Shown: positions 36,927 to 53,297, numbered from the stretch's first letter. The stretch: 64,000 bases of DNA from an uncultured delta proteobacterium (GCA_963787125.1 CAWBBV010000006.1:32001-96000), one strand, 5' to 3'. The notes: a model not told the origin generated them from the sequence alone. Numbers and translations: made by a program.

Positions 36927-38981
36927 ATGCTATTCAGAAGAATCTGCCTGCTACTGTCAGCTCTGCTCGGCTGTGGAACAGCCTTTGCCGCCGGTGGAGC
37001 CGGTCTGGACGTCCAGGTCACCAAACCTGGCGCAAAAGTTTCCATTGAACAGGTCATCAAAGACGGCAAAGTGCTGGTCAGTGTCGTTGATTCGGCAAAG
37101 AATCCGCTCCTCGGGCTTGGAGCCGGCGACTTCACCGTCAGCCAGGCCGCCATGAAAGGCACCGTCCTTTCAGCCCAGGCCTTCGCTGAAAACCAGGAAG
37201 TCCCGCGTCACATCGTTCTGGTGCTTGACAACTCCTTTTCCATGGAGCAGCGCAACGCCGTCAAGCCTCTGCTTGCAGGAGTTGACGAGCTATTGAAAAC
37301 CGTTCGTCCAATCGATGATGTCAAAATCGTAGTTTTTGACAACAAGAAAGCCCTCAAAAGTGGTGGCCGAGATGTGCATGTAAAAACTTTCGGTTCTAAT
37401 CAACAGGCCGAGTTAAGGGATTTTGTAGCTAACGCCTACCAGAGCAAGGAGCTTACCAGTGGAACGTATCTGAACGACGCACTCATGGTCGGCCTTGATC
37501 TCCTGAAAATTATGCCGACAACCGAACCGCGCTTCATGGTGGTCTTTTCCGATGGTGAGGACCTGAACAGCACCTTTAAAAAGGAAGATGTCCTGAAGTC
37601 CGCCAAAGCCACCAAACGCTTCAACGTTTATGGGATCGACTACATGGAAGGCTCCAAACCTGATACGATCCTGTCAAAATATGTTAAAAGCAGTGGCGGG
37701 CAAATCTGGAAAGCAACATCCGGAGCAAATATCGTCCCCATTTTCCAGAGCGTTGCTTCAAGGCTGCAGCACTATTATGTCATCAACTACCAGTTTGTCC
37801 CCACCGGTTCAATTTCCACCCCTACGACCAGCCTGAAGATTGATGAAGTCAAGACACTTGATGCTTCTCCGTTTCTTGCACATATCTTCTTCGATAAAGG
37901 GGCAAGCGAGATACCTGCCAGATACGTCCGCTTCAAGGGTGCAGGCGAGACGGCCGGATTTGAAGAAAAACAGTTGATTCTTACCTTACAAAAGTATTAC
38001 CAGATCCTGAATGTTATCGGCAAAAGGCTGACCATCAATGCCGCCGCCACTATCACCCTGATCGGTTGCAACGACAACAGCGGCAAAGAGAAAGGGAATA
38101 AACAGCTTTCCACCCAGCGCGCCGAAGCCGTGAAGAATTATCTGCAGACTGTCTGGAACATTGCTCCGGAACGGATGACGATCGAAGCACGCAACCTGCC
38201 GCAGATGCCGAGTGCCAGTAAGTCTGCCGAAGGGCAGGCAGAAAACCGGCGAGTAGAAATTATCGCCTCTGACATGATGATCCTTGCTCCGGTACAAAGC
38301 GTGTATACGTCCGGCAAGATTGATCAGACGTTTCTGATCGTTCGCCCAAGCGTGGTAACCCCGTATGCAATCTCCACCTGGAAGATTATTACCAGCAACG
38401 CTGCCGGCACAATAGCCGAGCAGACCGGCACCGGACCGCTCGCCAAAGAAATTAAAATTTCTCTGGCTGACAAGGATGTCCTGGCGCTGGGAGCAGGCGG
38501 CGACATTACCATCAAGCTGGAGTTGCAGGACAGCAAGGGACAGCGCCTGGCAGTTTCCACCGCCCCCGTAAAAGTTACTTTCAGCCAGGTAAGCCAGCGA
38601 ATCGCGCAGAAACAGGACCAACTTGTACAGGAAAAGTATGCGCTTATTCTCTTTGATTTCAACAAAGCCACCATTGCCGGCCTCAACCAGGAAATAATCA
38701 AAAGAATTGCCGGTCGCATCAAGCTACTCGCCCAGGCTAAAGTTGATATAGTCGGGCACACCGACAATATCGGCAGCGCTGCCTACAACAGCAAGCTTTC
38801 GCAGCAACGGGCCGCGGAAACCAGCAAACTGCTGGCAGCTGCCTATGGCGAAGACCTCGGAACTCGTGTCACCGTTGCCGGCGTCGGCTCAAAAAACCCG
38901 CTGTTTGACAACAGCTCTCCGGAAGCGCGATCATTCAACCGCACGGTTACCATTACCCTGGAATATTTGAGCGCTGAATAG
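36927..38981 (+). CDS. Secreted VWA + two OmpA-like domain protein
   Basis: Signal peptide; LDNSFS MIDAS; OmpA-like 1 (LSTQRAEAV, NRRVEI) and 2 (FDFNKA, GHTDNIG, LSQQRA). Confidence 0.9.
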   Translation: MLFRRICLLLSALLGCGTAFAAGGAGLDVQVTKPGAKVSIEQVIKDGKVLVSVVDSAKNPLLGLGAGDFTVSQAAMKGTVLSAQAFAENQEVPRHIVLVLDNSFSMEQRNAVKPLLAGVDELLKTVRPIDDVKIVVFDNKKALKSGGRDVHVKTFGSNQQAELRDFVANAYQSKELTSGTYLNDALMVGLDLLKIMPTTEPRFMVVFSDGEDLNSTFKKEDVLKSAKATKRFNVYGIDYMEGSKPDTILSKYVKSSGGQIWKATSGANIVPIFQSVASRLQHYYVINYQFVPTGSISTPTTSLKIDEVKTLDASPFLAHIFFDKGASEIPARYVRFKGAGETAGFEEKQLILTLQKYYQILNVIGKRLTINAAATITLIGCNDNSGKEKGNKQLSTQRAEAVKNYLQTVWNIAPERMTIEARNLPQMPSASKSAEGQAENRRVEIIASDMMILAPVQSVYTSGKIDQTFLIVRPSVVTPYAISTWKIITSNAAGTIAEQTGTGPLAKEIKISLADKDVLALGAGGDITIKLELQDSKGQRLAVSTAPVKVTFSQVSQRIAQKQDQLVQEKYALILFDFNKATIAGLNQEIIKRIAGRIKLLAQAKVDIVGHTDNIGSAAYNSKLSQQRAAETSKLLAAAYGEDLGTRVTVAGVGSKNPLFDNSSPEARSFNRTVTITLEYLSAE

Positions 38982-39056
38982 CAGGGGCGCTTCACAGCGG
39001 GTGGTGACTGCCGCCAGAGAGGAAAAGTAAAAGCTGTCGGATCGCTTGACAGGTAG

Positions 39057-39099
39057 AAACAGTAAGGCAAGGTCAGGAGACCTTCCCTTACTGTTTTTT
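39057..39099 (+). terminator. Intrinsic terminator
   Basis: AAACAGTAAGG-C-AAGGTC-AGGA-GACCTT-C-CCTTACTGTTT followed by further Ts. Confidence 0.75.
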
Positions 39100-39278
39100 C
39101 TGTTATGCAGACAGAATTCGGGGCGAAGTTTTTTCAGCACAATCGCGCCAGGAAATATTCTTGGCGCGGCCTGTAAAGCGGATTAATTCACTCGAATCTG
39201 TATGCCGATACTGGCCACACAAATAATCAACAATAATTTTGACCTGCATGGCAATGGCTGGCAGTACCGTTTGGAGGA

Positions 39279-40298
39279 ATGACTATGACATCGTTTTTCA
39301 AGGGTTTCGGTAAAGTTTGTGTCCGCTGCGCCCTGCTGTTGTTAGCGGCCTGGGCAGCTGTGGCCATTCTGTATTCGAACCTGCCGTCTGCTTTACGGCC
39401 ATGGGCCGCCGGCATCTTCGCCATCGGCAGCCTGTTGGCGCTGGTCGGCAAATTCAGCTCACTGAAATCACGGCTGGGCTTTTTGGCAGCATTTGCAGCC
39501 GTTCTGGTCTACTGGCTCTTCATGCCGCCAAGTAACAAGCGGGACTGGCAGCCGGATATGGCAGTTCTGGCCTCGGCAGATATTGCCGGCGACAAGGTCA
39601 CCATTCACAATATCCGCAACTGCGACTACCGGACCGAAACCGATTATACTTGCAGTTACTACGACAAGACCTTCGATCTGGCAAAACTCAAAAACGTGGA
39701 TTTTTTTCTGGTCTACTGGGGATCGCCGAAAATCGCCCACACCATGATGAGCTTCGATTTCGAAGACCAGGGACCTGTCTGCTTCTCCATCGAGACCCGC
39801 AAGGAAAAGGGAGAGGACTACTCCACGATCAAAGGTTTTTTCCGCCAGTACGAGATCGCCTACGTCGTGGCTGACGAGCGAGACCTGGTCCGCCTGCGGA
39901 CAAACTACCGCGAAAAGGGCAAGGGCGAGGATGTGTACCTGTACCGGCTGAATATAAGCCCGGAGTTTAACCGCAAGGCGTTTCTCAGCTACGTGAGTGA
40001 GATCAACCGGCTCAAGGACCAGCCCCAGTGGTACAACGCCCTTACCGAGAACTGCACCACCAGCATCCGCAAGCATACCATACCCTTCCTACCCGACGCC
40101 AAGCCGGACTGGCGCATTATCGTCAATGGTTATATCGATGAGATGCTCTACGAGCGGAAGCGATTCGATACCAGCCTGCCGTTCGCGGAACTGAAAAAAC
40201 GGAGTTACATTAACCCTAAAGCCAAGGTGGCTGACAAGGACCCGGCCTTTTCCCGGCTGATTCGCGTTGGCCTCCCCGGCAGGGAGCAAAAACCATGA
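39279..40298 (+). CDS. DUF4105 (Lnb N-terminal-like) membrane protein
   Basis: Three N-terminal TMs; PSN.RDWQPD, IAHTMMSF, SIETRKE, YNALTENCTT. Confidence 0.85.
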   Translation: MTMTSFFKGFGKVCVRCALLLLAAWAAVAILYSNLPSALRPWAAGIFAIGSLLALVGKFSSLKSRLGFLAAFAAVLVYWLFMPPSNKRDWQPDMAVLASADIAGDKVTIHNIRNCDYRTETDYTCSYYDKTFDLAKLKNVDFFLVYWGSPKIAHTMMSFDFEDQGPVCFSIETRKEKGEDYSTIKGFFRQYEIAYVVADERDLVRLRTNYREKGKGEDVYLYRLNISPEFNRKAFLSYVSEINRLKDQPQWYNALTENCTTSIRKHTIPFLPDAKPDWRIIVNGYIDEMLYERKRFDTSLPFAELKKRSYINPKAKVADKDPAFSRLIRVGLPGREQKP

Positions 40299-42148
40299 TG
40301 CCTGGAATGTCCGGTTTCTCTGCATGGACAATGTTGCTGGCAGGCGTGATTCTCATGTCCGGCTGCGCAACGCCGATCGGGGTCAACGTGATTTCCCCGC
40401 GGCAAGCATATCAGGACGCCTATGCCAACCCGTTGAATGCGGGAGTGCTCAGTGAGCAAGCCAGGTTCGTGCTCAACCGCTATGATCTGCTCCGGAAATT
40501 TGCCGATGACCCGGCGGCAACTATGGCGGTTCTCCATGAAAAGGCGCTCCATGACGATCGCGGCGACATCCTCTACACCCTTGCCGAGGGCGCCTACCTC
40601 TATGGCAGCAAACTGGCAAACAGCGGCCTGGTGGAGGAACAAAAGATTGCCCCGGACTATTTCCTTCTGGCGGCGCTCTATTCCTTCTATTTTGTCACCA
40701 GCGAACGCTCCAGTGAGAGCTTGAACGTATTTGACCATCGCGCCCGCGCCGCTATCGATATGTATAATTTCGGTCTGTGGCAGGCTTTCGAAACCGGTAA
40801 CAGCGAAGGCCTGGTCCTGCGGGCAGCTGAGCGTAAACTTCCCTTCGGCAGCATTGCCATCTCCCTTGACATGAGCCAGTTTCCCTGGAAAATGGAAGAT
40901 TTTGAGAAATTCCTGCCGGCGGACAGGTATGCGGTTCGCGGCGTATCCGTGCGCAACCGGACGGCTGGTGTCGGCCTGCCGCTGATCGCCATCAGGGAAA
41001 AAACCGGCCAGCCGTTGCCGGTGACCGCCGTTCTTAAAATCGAGGGCAATCTGGCAGACTTGAGCGCCGGTAAGGCTCGCGCTTCGCTGGTGTTTTTCTC
41101 GACCCAGGATACCGGCACCGTAAACGACGCGAAGGGCGTGGCAATACCGCTTGAAAGCGATCTTACCACGCCCCTGGCCTACCGGATGGAAGGCTCCAGT
41201 TTTTTTGACCTCAGTCTGGGAGCTTTTCTAGGGAGAGAGCCGAATAAAATTCCTGACGGCCTTTACCTGAAAGAGCCATACTACCCCGGAAAAATTCCGG
41301 TCGTCCTGGTTCATGGCACAGCCAGTAGTCCGGTCTGGTGGGTGGAACTGCTGAACACCCTCACGGCTGACAAAAAGATCCGGGAGAACTACCAGTTCTG
41401 GTACTTCGTCTACACGAGTAACAAGGCAGTCGCCATATCTGCCGCTGAACTGCGGGACGCTCTGAGCGCGAAAGTTGCGGCTCTTGATCCCCACGGGAAG
41501 GATCAGGCCCTGCGGCAGATGGTGGTGGCCGGCCACAGCCAGGGGGGACTACTGACCAAATTCAGTAGCGTTGATACCGGTGACAGCCTGGTGAAGGCGT
41601 TGACCGGCAAGGAGCTTGCGTTATTGGACATGCCAGAAAAAACCAAGGACAAGATCCGCCAACTCATGGTAGTCAAACCGCTCCCGTTTGTAAAAACTGT
41701 TATCTTCTTCAGTACCCCGCACCGGGGGAGCTTCCAGAGCAAAGAGTGGAACAGGAATCTGGTCAGATGGCTGATCACTCTGCCGGCAAACCTGGTAGAA
41801 AGCACCATCGATACCTTTGATTACATGACCGACGACGTCAAAAAACTGTTGGGCGGGAAAAAAACCATCTTTACCAGTGCTGACGGCATGTCGCCGGATA
41901 ACCCGGTGATCAGGGCTCTGGCAGAAATACCGCTGGCGCCGGGGGTGAAGGGTCATTCGATCATCGCCATTCAGAATGAGGGCGACCCGAAACTCGGCGA
42001 TGACGGCGTTGTCAAGTACACAAGTGCCCATCTGGACGGCATGGAGTCAGAATTCATCGTCAGAAGCGGCCACTCCAGCCAGTTGAACCCGCTGGCCATT
42101 GACGAAATGAGGCGGATTCTGGTGGATAATCTGGCTAAAAACCGCTGA
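40295..42148 (+). CDS. Alpha/beta-hydrolase (lipase/esterase-like) lipoprotein
   Basis: Lipobox MSGC; PVVLVHG, GHSQGG, TPHRGS, DGVVKY, GHS; overlaps the DUF4105 stop. Confidence 0.88.
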   Translation: MMPGMSGFSAWTMLLAGVILMSGCATPIGVNVISPRQAYQDAYANPLNAGVLSEQARFVLNRYDLLRKFADDPAATMAVLHEKALHDDRGDILYTLAEGAYLYGSKLANSGLVEEQKIAPDYFLLAALYSFYFVTSERSSESLNVFDHRARAAIDMYNFGLWQAFETGNSEGLVLRAAERKLPFGSIAISLDMSQFPWKMEDFEKFLPADRYAVRGVSVRNRTAGVGLPLIAIREKTGQPLPVTAVLKIEGNLADLSAGKARASLVFFSTQDTGTVNDAKGVAIPLESDLTTPLAYRMEGSSFFDLSLGAFLGREPNKIPDGLYLKEPYYPGKIPVVLVHGTASSPVWWVELLNTLTADKKIRENYQFWYFVYTSNKAVAISAAELRDALSAKVAALDPHGKDQALRQMVVAGHSQGGLLTKFSSVDTGDSLVKALTGKELALLDMPEKTKDKIRQLMVVKPLPFVKTVIFFSTPHRGSFQSKEWNRNLVRWLITLPANLVESTIDTFDYMTDDVKKLLGGKKTIFTSADGMSPDNPVIRALAEIPLAPGVKGHSIIAIQNEGDPKLGDDGVVKYTSAHLDGMESEFIVRSGHSSQLNPLAIDEMRRILVDNLAKNR

Positions 42149-42187
42149 GCGACCCTCGTGACCACGACTCTGGTCACACCGTAAGAG

Positions 42188-42247
42188 CCTGAAGCGTGTT
42201 CCGTCAACCCCATGGTCACCATTACCCTGAAATATTTAAGCGCAAAA
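42188..42247 (+). pseudogene. 60-bp relic of the 3' end of a VWA-OmpA gene
   Basis: 48/60 nt identical (hand count) to 38919..38978; PEACSVNPMVTITLKYLSAK vs PEARSFNRTVTITLEYLSAE. Confidence 0.75.
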
Positions 42248-42317
42248 TTATGGGCGCTTATCGGTAGCAAAGAAATTAAACACAACCGTCGCAAGACACA
42301 ACCAAAGGGGGATAATT

Positions 42318-43019
42318 ATGAGAATTCACAGCAGAGCAACTACATTAATTTTAACCGCAGGAATCGCCCTGCTACTGGGCGGCTGCAGTGCCAGCCAGCA
42401 GTCACGGAGCATGGAGATCAAGGAAACATTGCTGGTCAACCCTGCCATCATGGAAAAAGGCACTGGCGACCAGAGCCTGTACCGCTACGCAAATCCTAAA
42501 GCAGATTTCAAGGGTTACAGTAGAATCATTATTGACCCGGTTATCATGAGCAAAGCGGCAGATATTGATGCCGAAGATCTGGCAAACTATCAGAAACTGG
42601 TTAACAACGCCTTTGTCCTCTTAAACGATGAGTTGAAAAAAAGTTACAACATTGTCCCTGAGGCTTTGCCTGGAACTATGCGTGTTCAGGTGGGGATCCT
42701 GGCTGCCGACTCCTCTAAACCGGTGCGAACAATTCTGTCAACCGTTATGCCGATAGGTTTAGGTATAAGCCTTGTCAAATATGGCGCCACCGGCAGGCCG
42801 ATGTCAGTCGGTGACATCACCGTTGAAATGAAGATTACCGATGCAACAACCGGTGAACTGCTGGCAGCAGCCATTGACCAACGTCACGGCGGAATAAACA
42901 TCAAAGGTGCATGGAATTCCTGGATGACCGCTGACGACGCCCTTGCTTACTGGGCCAAACAGTTAAGCTTTGTGCTCTGTCAGAAAAGAGGCGGCAGTAA
43001 CTGCGTAAAACCTGAATAG
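42318..43019 (+). CDS. DUF3313 family lipoprotein
   Basis: Lipobox LGGC; YRY...DFKGYSRIIIDPV, EMKITDATTGELLAAAID. Confidence 0.85.
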   Translation: MRIHSRATTLILTAGIALLLGGCSASQQSRSMEIKETLLVNPAIMEKGTGDQSLYRYANPKADFKGYSRIIIDPVIMSKAADIDAEDLANYQKLVNNAFVLLNDELKKSYNIVPEALPGTMRVQVGILAADSSKPVRTILSTVMPIGLGISLVKYGATGRPMSVGDITVEMKITDATTGELLAAAIDQRHGGINIKGAWNSWMTADDALAYWAKQLSFVLCQKRGGSNCVKPE

Positions 43020-43035
43020 CAATCTGTCACAGTGT

Positions 43036-43081
43036 ATAAAAAACGACCGGTTTCTCAGGTGAGAGGCCGGTCGTTTTTTAT
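43036..43081. terminator. Bidirectional intrinsic terminator
   Basis: ATAAAAAACGACCGG...CCGGTCGTTTTTTAT between convergent operons. Confidence 0.85.
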
Positions 43082-43206
43082 GTTTCGATATTTGGTATGG
43101 TTTTATTGTCCCCTCTGCCCCGGTTCATTTGAGCAAACTCTTCATCAAATAACGCAAGGCTGGTTATCCGGTAACACTCTTGCCTGATCACCCGGGAATA
43201 CCTGGT

Positions 43207-44681
43207 TTACCCTGCCTGCATCTCGAAGAAATAGCATTCCCATGGTTTAAGATCGACGTACAAGCCTGCGTCCCGCATGTCATCACCACTACGGCTAAAA
43301 GTTTCACCAGTCAATTTGTCTTCAAGGCGCCACATCCTCTCCTTAAGCTCACCCCAAGGCAGTCTGATAAGTGCCTGAGAGTCAGCAGTCGAAAAATTGA
43401 CAACAATGAGACAACGCTGTTCGGCCAAATTCCAGCACCAGGCGAGTACATTTTGGCAGCTCTGGTTGTCATCCCAGCCGAATTTTTCACAGAGAAGCCA
43501 CTGGCCATTACGGAAGAGATCCCGCCCGGTGTGCTGAAGCAGTCGCAGATAGAAGCCGGTGAGGTCTTGATCGGCTGGCTCTGCCGGACGACGACCGAGA
43601 AAAACAGGCAGCTTCACTTTCCTCCCCTCAAACTGACCCTCATGGAGCAGCTTTGCCCCTGGGAGAGTGAGAATCATCACAGCAGCAGCGCGCCCTTTCG
43701 GGTCCAAAAACGAAGCAGCAGCCCTGGGTTCGTCATGGTTCTCGATGAACCGGACCATCTTGCCTTGATAAGCGGCATCAGCGAGAAGATGCTGCCGTAC
43801 CCCCTCAGCCGGCCCGTGTTCCATCCGGTCATACAGTTTCTTGTCATAGCAGTAATCAAAACCCTGTTGCTGGAGCTCCCACTCCAGTTCCCAGTAGACT
43901 TCGGCAATGAACCTGAATTCCCCGTAGTTCATCTTGATCGCCGCAATCAACCCTTGCCAGTAATCTTCGACCGGTTTGACGCCAATACGCTCTCCCCAGG
44001 TACTCTCGAAGATATCGTTCAGCATCAGCATGGCCATGTCGCAGCGGATACCGTCACATTGGGCGGCAATTCCGGACAACGTCTCAGTGATCGCCTGGCG
44101 CAGTTCAAGATTAAAGGAGTTGAGTTGCAGCACATCCGGCCAGGCAGGAAAAAAAGGGTCGCGGCCGCAGGCAAACACCTTTCCCTCCACTGCCATGAAG
44201 GCTGCCGGATTATTGACCAGATCATCTGGGTTACCCTGAATAAAATATTCGGGATGCTCACTGACCCACGGGTGGTCCGGCGCAACGTGGTTAGGGACAA
44301 AATCGAGAATAATTCGGATGCCGCAACCAGCAAGGGCTTTCCGGGCTGCTGCCAGTCCCTCTGCCCCACCGAGATGTGCGTCAACAACGTAGCGCCGCAC
44401 ACAGTAGGGCGACCCAACATTGTCAGCTGCCGCAAAATCAGGGAGAACTCCCAGGAAATTTTGAAAAAGGCCTGCATTGCACATGGAAATGGCAATACCG
44501 GTCGGACTTCGTTCCCAAACCCCCATGAACCAGACGGCATCAAAGTTTTGGGCGGCAAGAGCATCCCAATCCTCCTGGGGCACCGAGGCAAGATTCACCG
44601 GCCTTTGGTATTTCCGGCTCAGTTCATCCAGCCAGACCCAGGTGTTGATTTCGTAAATGACGGGATGTTTCGGCCAGGCTT

Positions 44682-44685
<4 letters not shown>
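43207..44685 (-). CDS. Alpha-amylase family (GH13) glycosyl hydrolase
   Basis: True start MKAWPKHP (ATGA overlap with GH63 stop); DFVPNH, DGIRCDMA, FIAEVYW, FIENHDE. Confidence 0.9.
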
Positions 44686-47456
<2,771 letters not shown>

Positions 47457-47516
47457 GGGATGCGCTCCTTTTCGGGTCTGTTAAAATGAACGGCCAAAAC
47501 CACGTCAATCAGGAAA

Positions 47517-50309
<2,793 letters not shown>

Positions 50310-50435
50310 ATGGCACCTCTTTCTTACATAATTGTAATAATTATAAAGATGAAATGGCCAAGTGCAACTGTCGGCATGATTAATTATCGCGTGGCGTTGA
50401 CAGCACTCTTCTACTAAAAATAAGGTGAAACAACT

Positions 50436-50494
50436 AAAAACCGGCGTTGCAAAGATCTGCTACGCCGGTTCAAAAGCCGTCAGCACCTGACGGT
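50436..50494 (-). terminator. Two tandem terminator-like hairpins after glk
   Basis: Minus strand ACCGTCAG-GTG-CTGACGGC-TTTT, then AACCGGCGTAGCA...TGCAACGCCGGTT-TTT. Confidence 0.7.
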
Positions 50495-50532
50495 AGCAAC
50501 TACGCCGTGCCTAAGTATTTTCGGAACGATGG

Positions 50533-51525
50533 TCACCGGATTTCCGTTCCCGCGCGAGTTGCACAGCGGGCAGCACCGAGCAGGGCAGTCCTGTCATTGA
50601 GGATAACACGCACCGGGACATCCTCCAGGAGTGGGCTGAGGCGCCCCTTGGCGGTAAAGGCGAGCATGAAGCCGGGCCCTTTCAACCGTTCGATGATCTT
50701 CGGTGCAATGCCACCACCGAGGTAGATGCCACCGGTGGCCAGCGCACGGAGCGCCACATTACCGGCCTCGGCGCCGTACAGAGAGACAAATAGATCGAGG
50801 GTCTGCTCGCAGAGCGGACATTCACCGGCCAGGGCGGCCCGGGTTATGGCGGCAGACTGGTCCCCCGACCGCATCGCTGCGGCAACCGCAGGTGTTTCCG
50901 GGAGATGACGGCCATCGCGCAGGAAACGGTAGATATTGCGCAGGCCAGGGCCGGATACGATCCGCTCGGTACTAACCCGGCCATGTTCAGCGCGCAGAAA
51001 GAGCATCAATTCCGCTTCCAGTGCGTTGCGGGGAGCAAAGTCGGCATGCCCGCCCTCGCTACGCAGGGGACGGTGGGCGCTGCCATCCCAGTAAGCCAGG
51101 GCTTCACCAAGTCCGGTGCCTGCCGAAATCACCGCTATAGTGCCGGTGGGATCGGGGGTTCCCCGGTTAAGAAACAGCAGGTCATCCGGTCCAAGCAAGT
51201 CGATGCCATAGGCATTAGCTTCCAGATCGTTCAGCAGCTGCACCGTCGCAAGTTTCAGTATCCGGGCCAACTCGGCAGCATCCACACTCCAGGGAAGATT
51301 AGGCGTTCTTACCCGCCCCTGTTGAACAGGCCCGGCGATGCCGAAGCACGCCCGTTCCGCTACCAGTCCCTGCTCCTTGACAAAGCAGCCGACAACATCC
51401 TCCAGACTTGCCGCCTCCCGACTTGGAAAGGTCTTTTCTGCCAGGGACGTCAAGGTGTCACCAGTTACATCAAAATAGGCCAGTCGCGTGGAAGTTCCAC
51501 CGATATCACCTGCAAGAACCAGCAT
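50533..51525 (-). CDS. glk: Glucokinase
   Basis: LAGDIGGT, GIAGPV, LLNDLEA, AGTGLG, SEGGH, GGIAPKI. Confidence 0.95.
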   Translation of the reverse strand: MLVLAGDIGGTSTRLAYFDVTGDTLTSLAEKTFPSREAASLEDVVGCFVKEQGLVAERACFGIAGPVQQGRVRTPNLPWSVDAAELARILKLATVQLLNDLEANAYGIDLLGPDDLLFLNRGTPDPTGTIAVISAGTGLGEALAYWDGSAHRPLRSEGGHADFAPRNALEAELMLFLRAEHGRVSTERIVSGPGLRNIYRFLRDGRHLPETPAVAAAMRSGDQSAAITRAALAGECPLCEQTLDLFVSLYGAEAGNVALRALATGGIYLGGGIAPKIIERLKGPGFMLAFTAKGRLSPLLEDVPVRVILNDRTALLGAARCATRAGTEIR

Positions 51526-51578
51526 CAGCCCCCCCTCTCAGCAAGAATAAACATTCAACCTTGACCAGTGCATACATT

Positions 51579-52664
51579 TTATTCGCCGGCAATGACTTCC
51601 TTTTGGCCGTTTCCCCCGGAGGTTACCCACTCTTTCACCAATGTATAGGTAACTGCCAGCATTACCGGTCCGATAAAGAGACCAATCAAACCGAATGAAA
51701 TAAGCCCGCCGATAACACCGGCAAAGATGAGCAAGAGCGGAAGATCAGCTCCCTTCTTGATCAGAAAAGGCCGAATGACATTATCTATCGTACAGACAAT
51801 GAGCGTACAGACAGCCATGAACACCCCCCAGCTTGTCTGCCCCTGCATAAAAAGCCAGATCGTCGCCGGAACAAGAATAAGGGCGGGGCCAACCTGGGCC
51901 ACACAAAGCAGCAGCATCAACGCAGTAAGGACAGCTGCTGCCGGAATACCTGCGACGATCAGCCCGATACCGCCAAGAAAAGACTGAATCATGGCAGTGC
52001 CAACTATGCCAATCGCGACGCCTCTGACCGCCTTGGCAGCAAGGATGGCAGCATCTTCACCCTGCGGACCGGCAAGACGCCGGAAAAAAAGCTTTACCCC
52101 GTTGGCAGCAGTTTCACCGTGTACATACAGAACCGCTGAGAGAATGACCGTCAGAAAGCAGTGTAAGAGCATCATGCCGATACTCCCTGCCTGAATAAGG
52201 AACCAGCCGACTACTTTCTGAGTATAAGGGGATAACCTCTCCGACAGTTCTGCCGAGGAAAGGATGGCCAGTTCCTGCCATTTAGCCGAGGCTTTGACAC
52301 CGTAGGCCGGTATCTTCTCCAGCCAGGCAGGTGGAGCCGGTATTTTGAAAGCCGCCAATGCAGTTCTGTCGGCAATAATTTCCTGGGCTTTTTCGATAAC
52401 CGTGGTTATGGCAAAGGTAAGCGGCACAATCAGGATGGCAAGCAGCAGCAGAGTCATCACCAAAACTGCCAACCCTCTCTTTCCACCCAGCCTGGCCTGG
52501 ATAGACAGCATCAGCGGCCACGTAGCAATGACTATCATTGTCGCCCAGATGATCGCCGAGAGAAAAGGCTGCATGATCCAGAGACAGGCAGCAATGAGTA
52601 AGGCAATAAAAAGAACAGCGAGAGTTATCCTGGTTACATCCTGCGAAAACGGCCCCTTGCTCAT
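51579..52664 (-). CDS. AI-2E family transporter (YdiK-like)
   Basis: PFL...WATMIVIATWP, IDNVIRP, GVIGGLISFGLIGLFIGP. Confidence 0.9.
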   Translation of the reverse strand: MSKGPFSQDVTRITLAVLFIALLIAACLWIMQPFLSAIIWATMIVIATWPLMLSIQARLGGKRGLAVLVMTLLLLAILIVPLTFAITTVIEKAQEIIADRTALAAFKIPAPPAWLEKIPAYGVKASAKWQELAILSSAELSERLSPYTQKVVGWFLIQAGSIGMMLLHCFLTVILSAVLYVHGETAANGVKLFFRRLAGPQGEDAAILAAKAVRGVAIGIVGTAMIQSFLGGIGLIVAGIPAAAVLTALMLLLCVAQVGPALILVPATIWLFMQGQTSWGVFMAVCTLIVCTIDNVIRPFLIKKGADLPLLLIFAGVIGGLISFGLIGLFIGPVMLAVTYTLVKEWVTSGGNGQKEVIAGE

Positions 52665-52673
52665 CACTCCCCC

Positions 52674-53297
52674 TTAAAAAATTGATTTCGCTCTGATATC
52701 CTTCATCAGAATTTTTGTAAAATCAGCAATGGCAGAATCAATGGAATCGGTATCTTCAGTCTCTGTTGCCCCGGTCCAGACCAGTTTACTTTCTATAGCG
52801 TCATAGATGTTGGACTCAGCACGATATATTTTTTCGACATAATTGTAGGCTGGCATACTGACAATACTGACGCTGTTTGAGTAGTACCCGCCGTAACTGC
52901 CATTGTATGCGGATCCTCCATAGACATCTGTTCTTGCCGGAACGTGCACAGTCTCCTGTTTTACATCCAGAAGACGTATGACCAGAATCGAGTCGCAGCC
53001 GATAGAGGGGAGCTTTCCTTTGACTGAATCAGGAGCAAGAGATCCGATATCCGGAAATACGGTATAACTGGGCACAGCGTCGATGCCGATCTTTTTGAAA
53101 CTCTCGGCAAACCCATCTTCAAGCTTCTTGCGGATAAGTGGCGTTGGTACAATTGAGACAATCAAAGGCTTTTTCAGAGAATAGCTCCTGGCTTTGCTGT
53201 CATGCCACGAAGTGAGAAGAGTTGTTGTAGAGCAACCGGAAAAAACTGTTACAGCGATGGATATTAGCAATATTTTCAAAAAAAACTGAGTCTTCAT
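52674..53297 (-). CDS. Hypothetical lipoprotein (possibly DUF4136-like)
   Basis: Lipobox FSGC; C-terminal ESNIYD...KLVWTG. Confidence 0.75.
   Translation of the reverse strand: MKTQFFLKILLISIAVTVFSGCSTTTLLTSWHDSKARSYSLKKPLIVSIVPTPLIRKKLEDGFAESFKKIGIDAVPSYTVFPDIGSLAPDSVKGKLPSIGCDSILVIRLLDVKQETVHVPARTDVYGGSAYNGSYGGYYSNSVSIVSMPAYNYVEKIYRAESNIYDAIESKLVWTGATETEDTDSIDSAIADFTKILMKDIRAKSIF

Noticed and set aside
42212..42499. 95-aa ORF MVTITLKYLSAK...
   Set aside because: Starts inside the VWA-OmpA relic and runs out of frame over DUF3313; no RBS.
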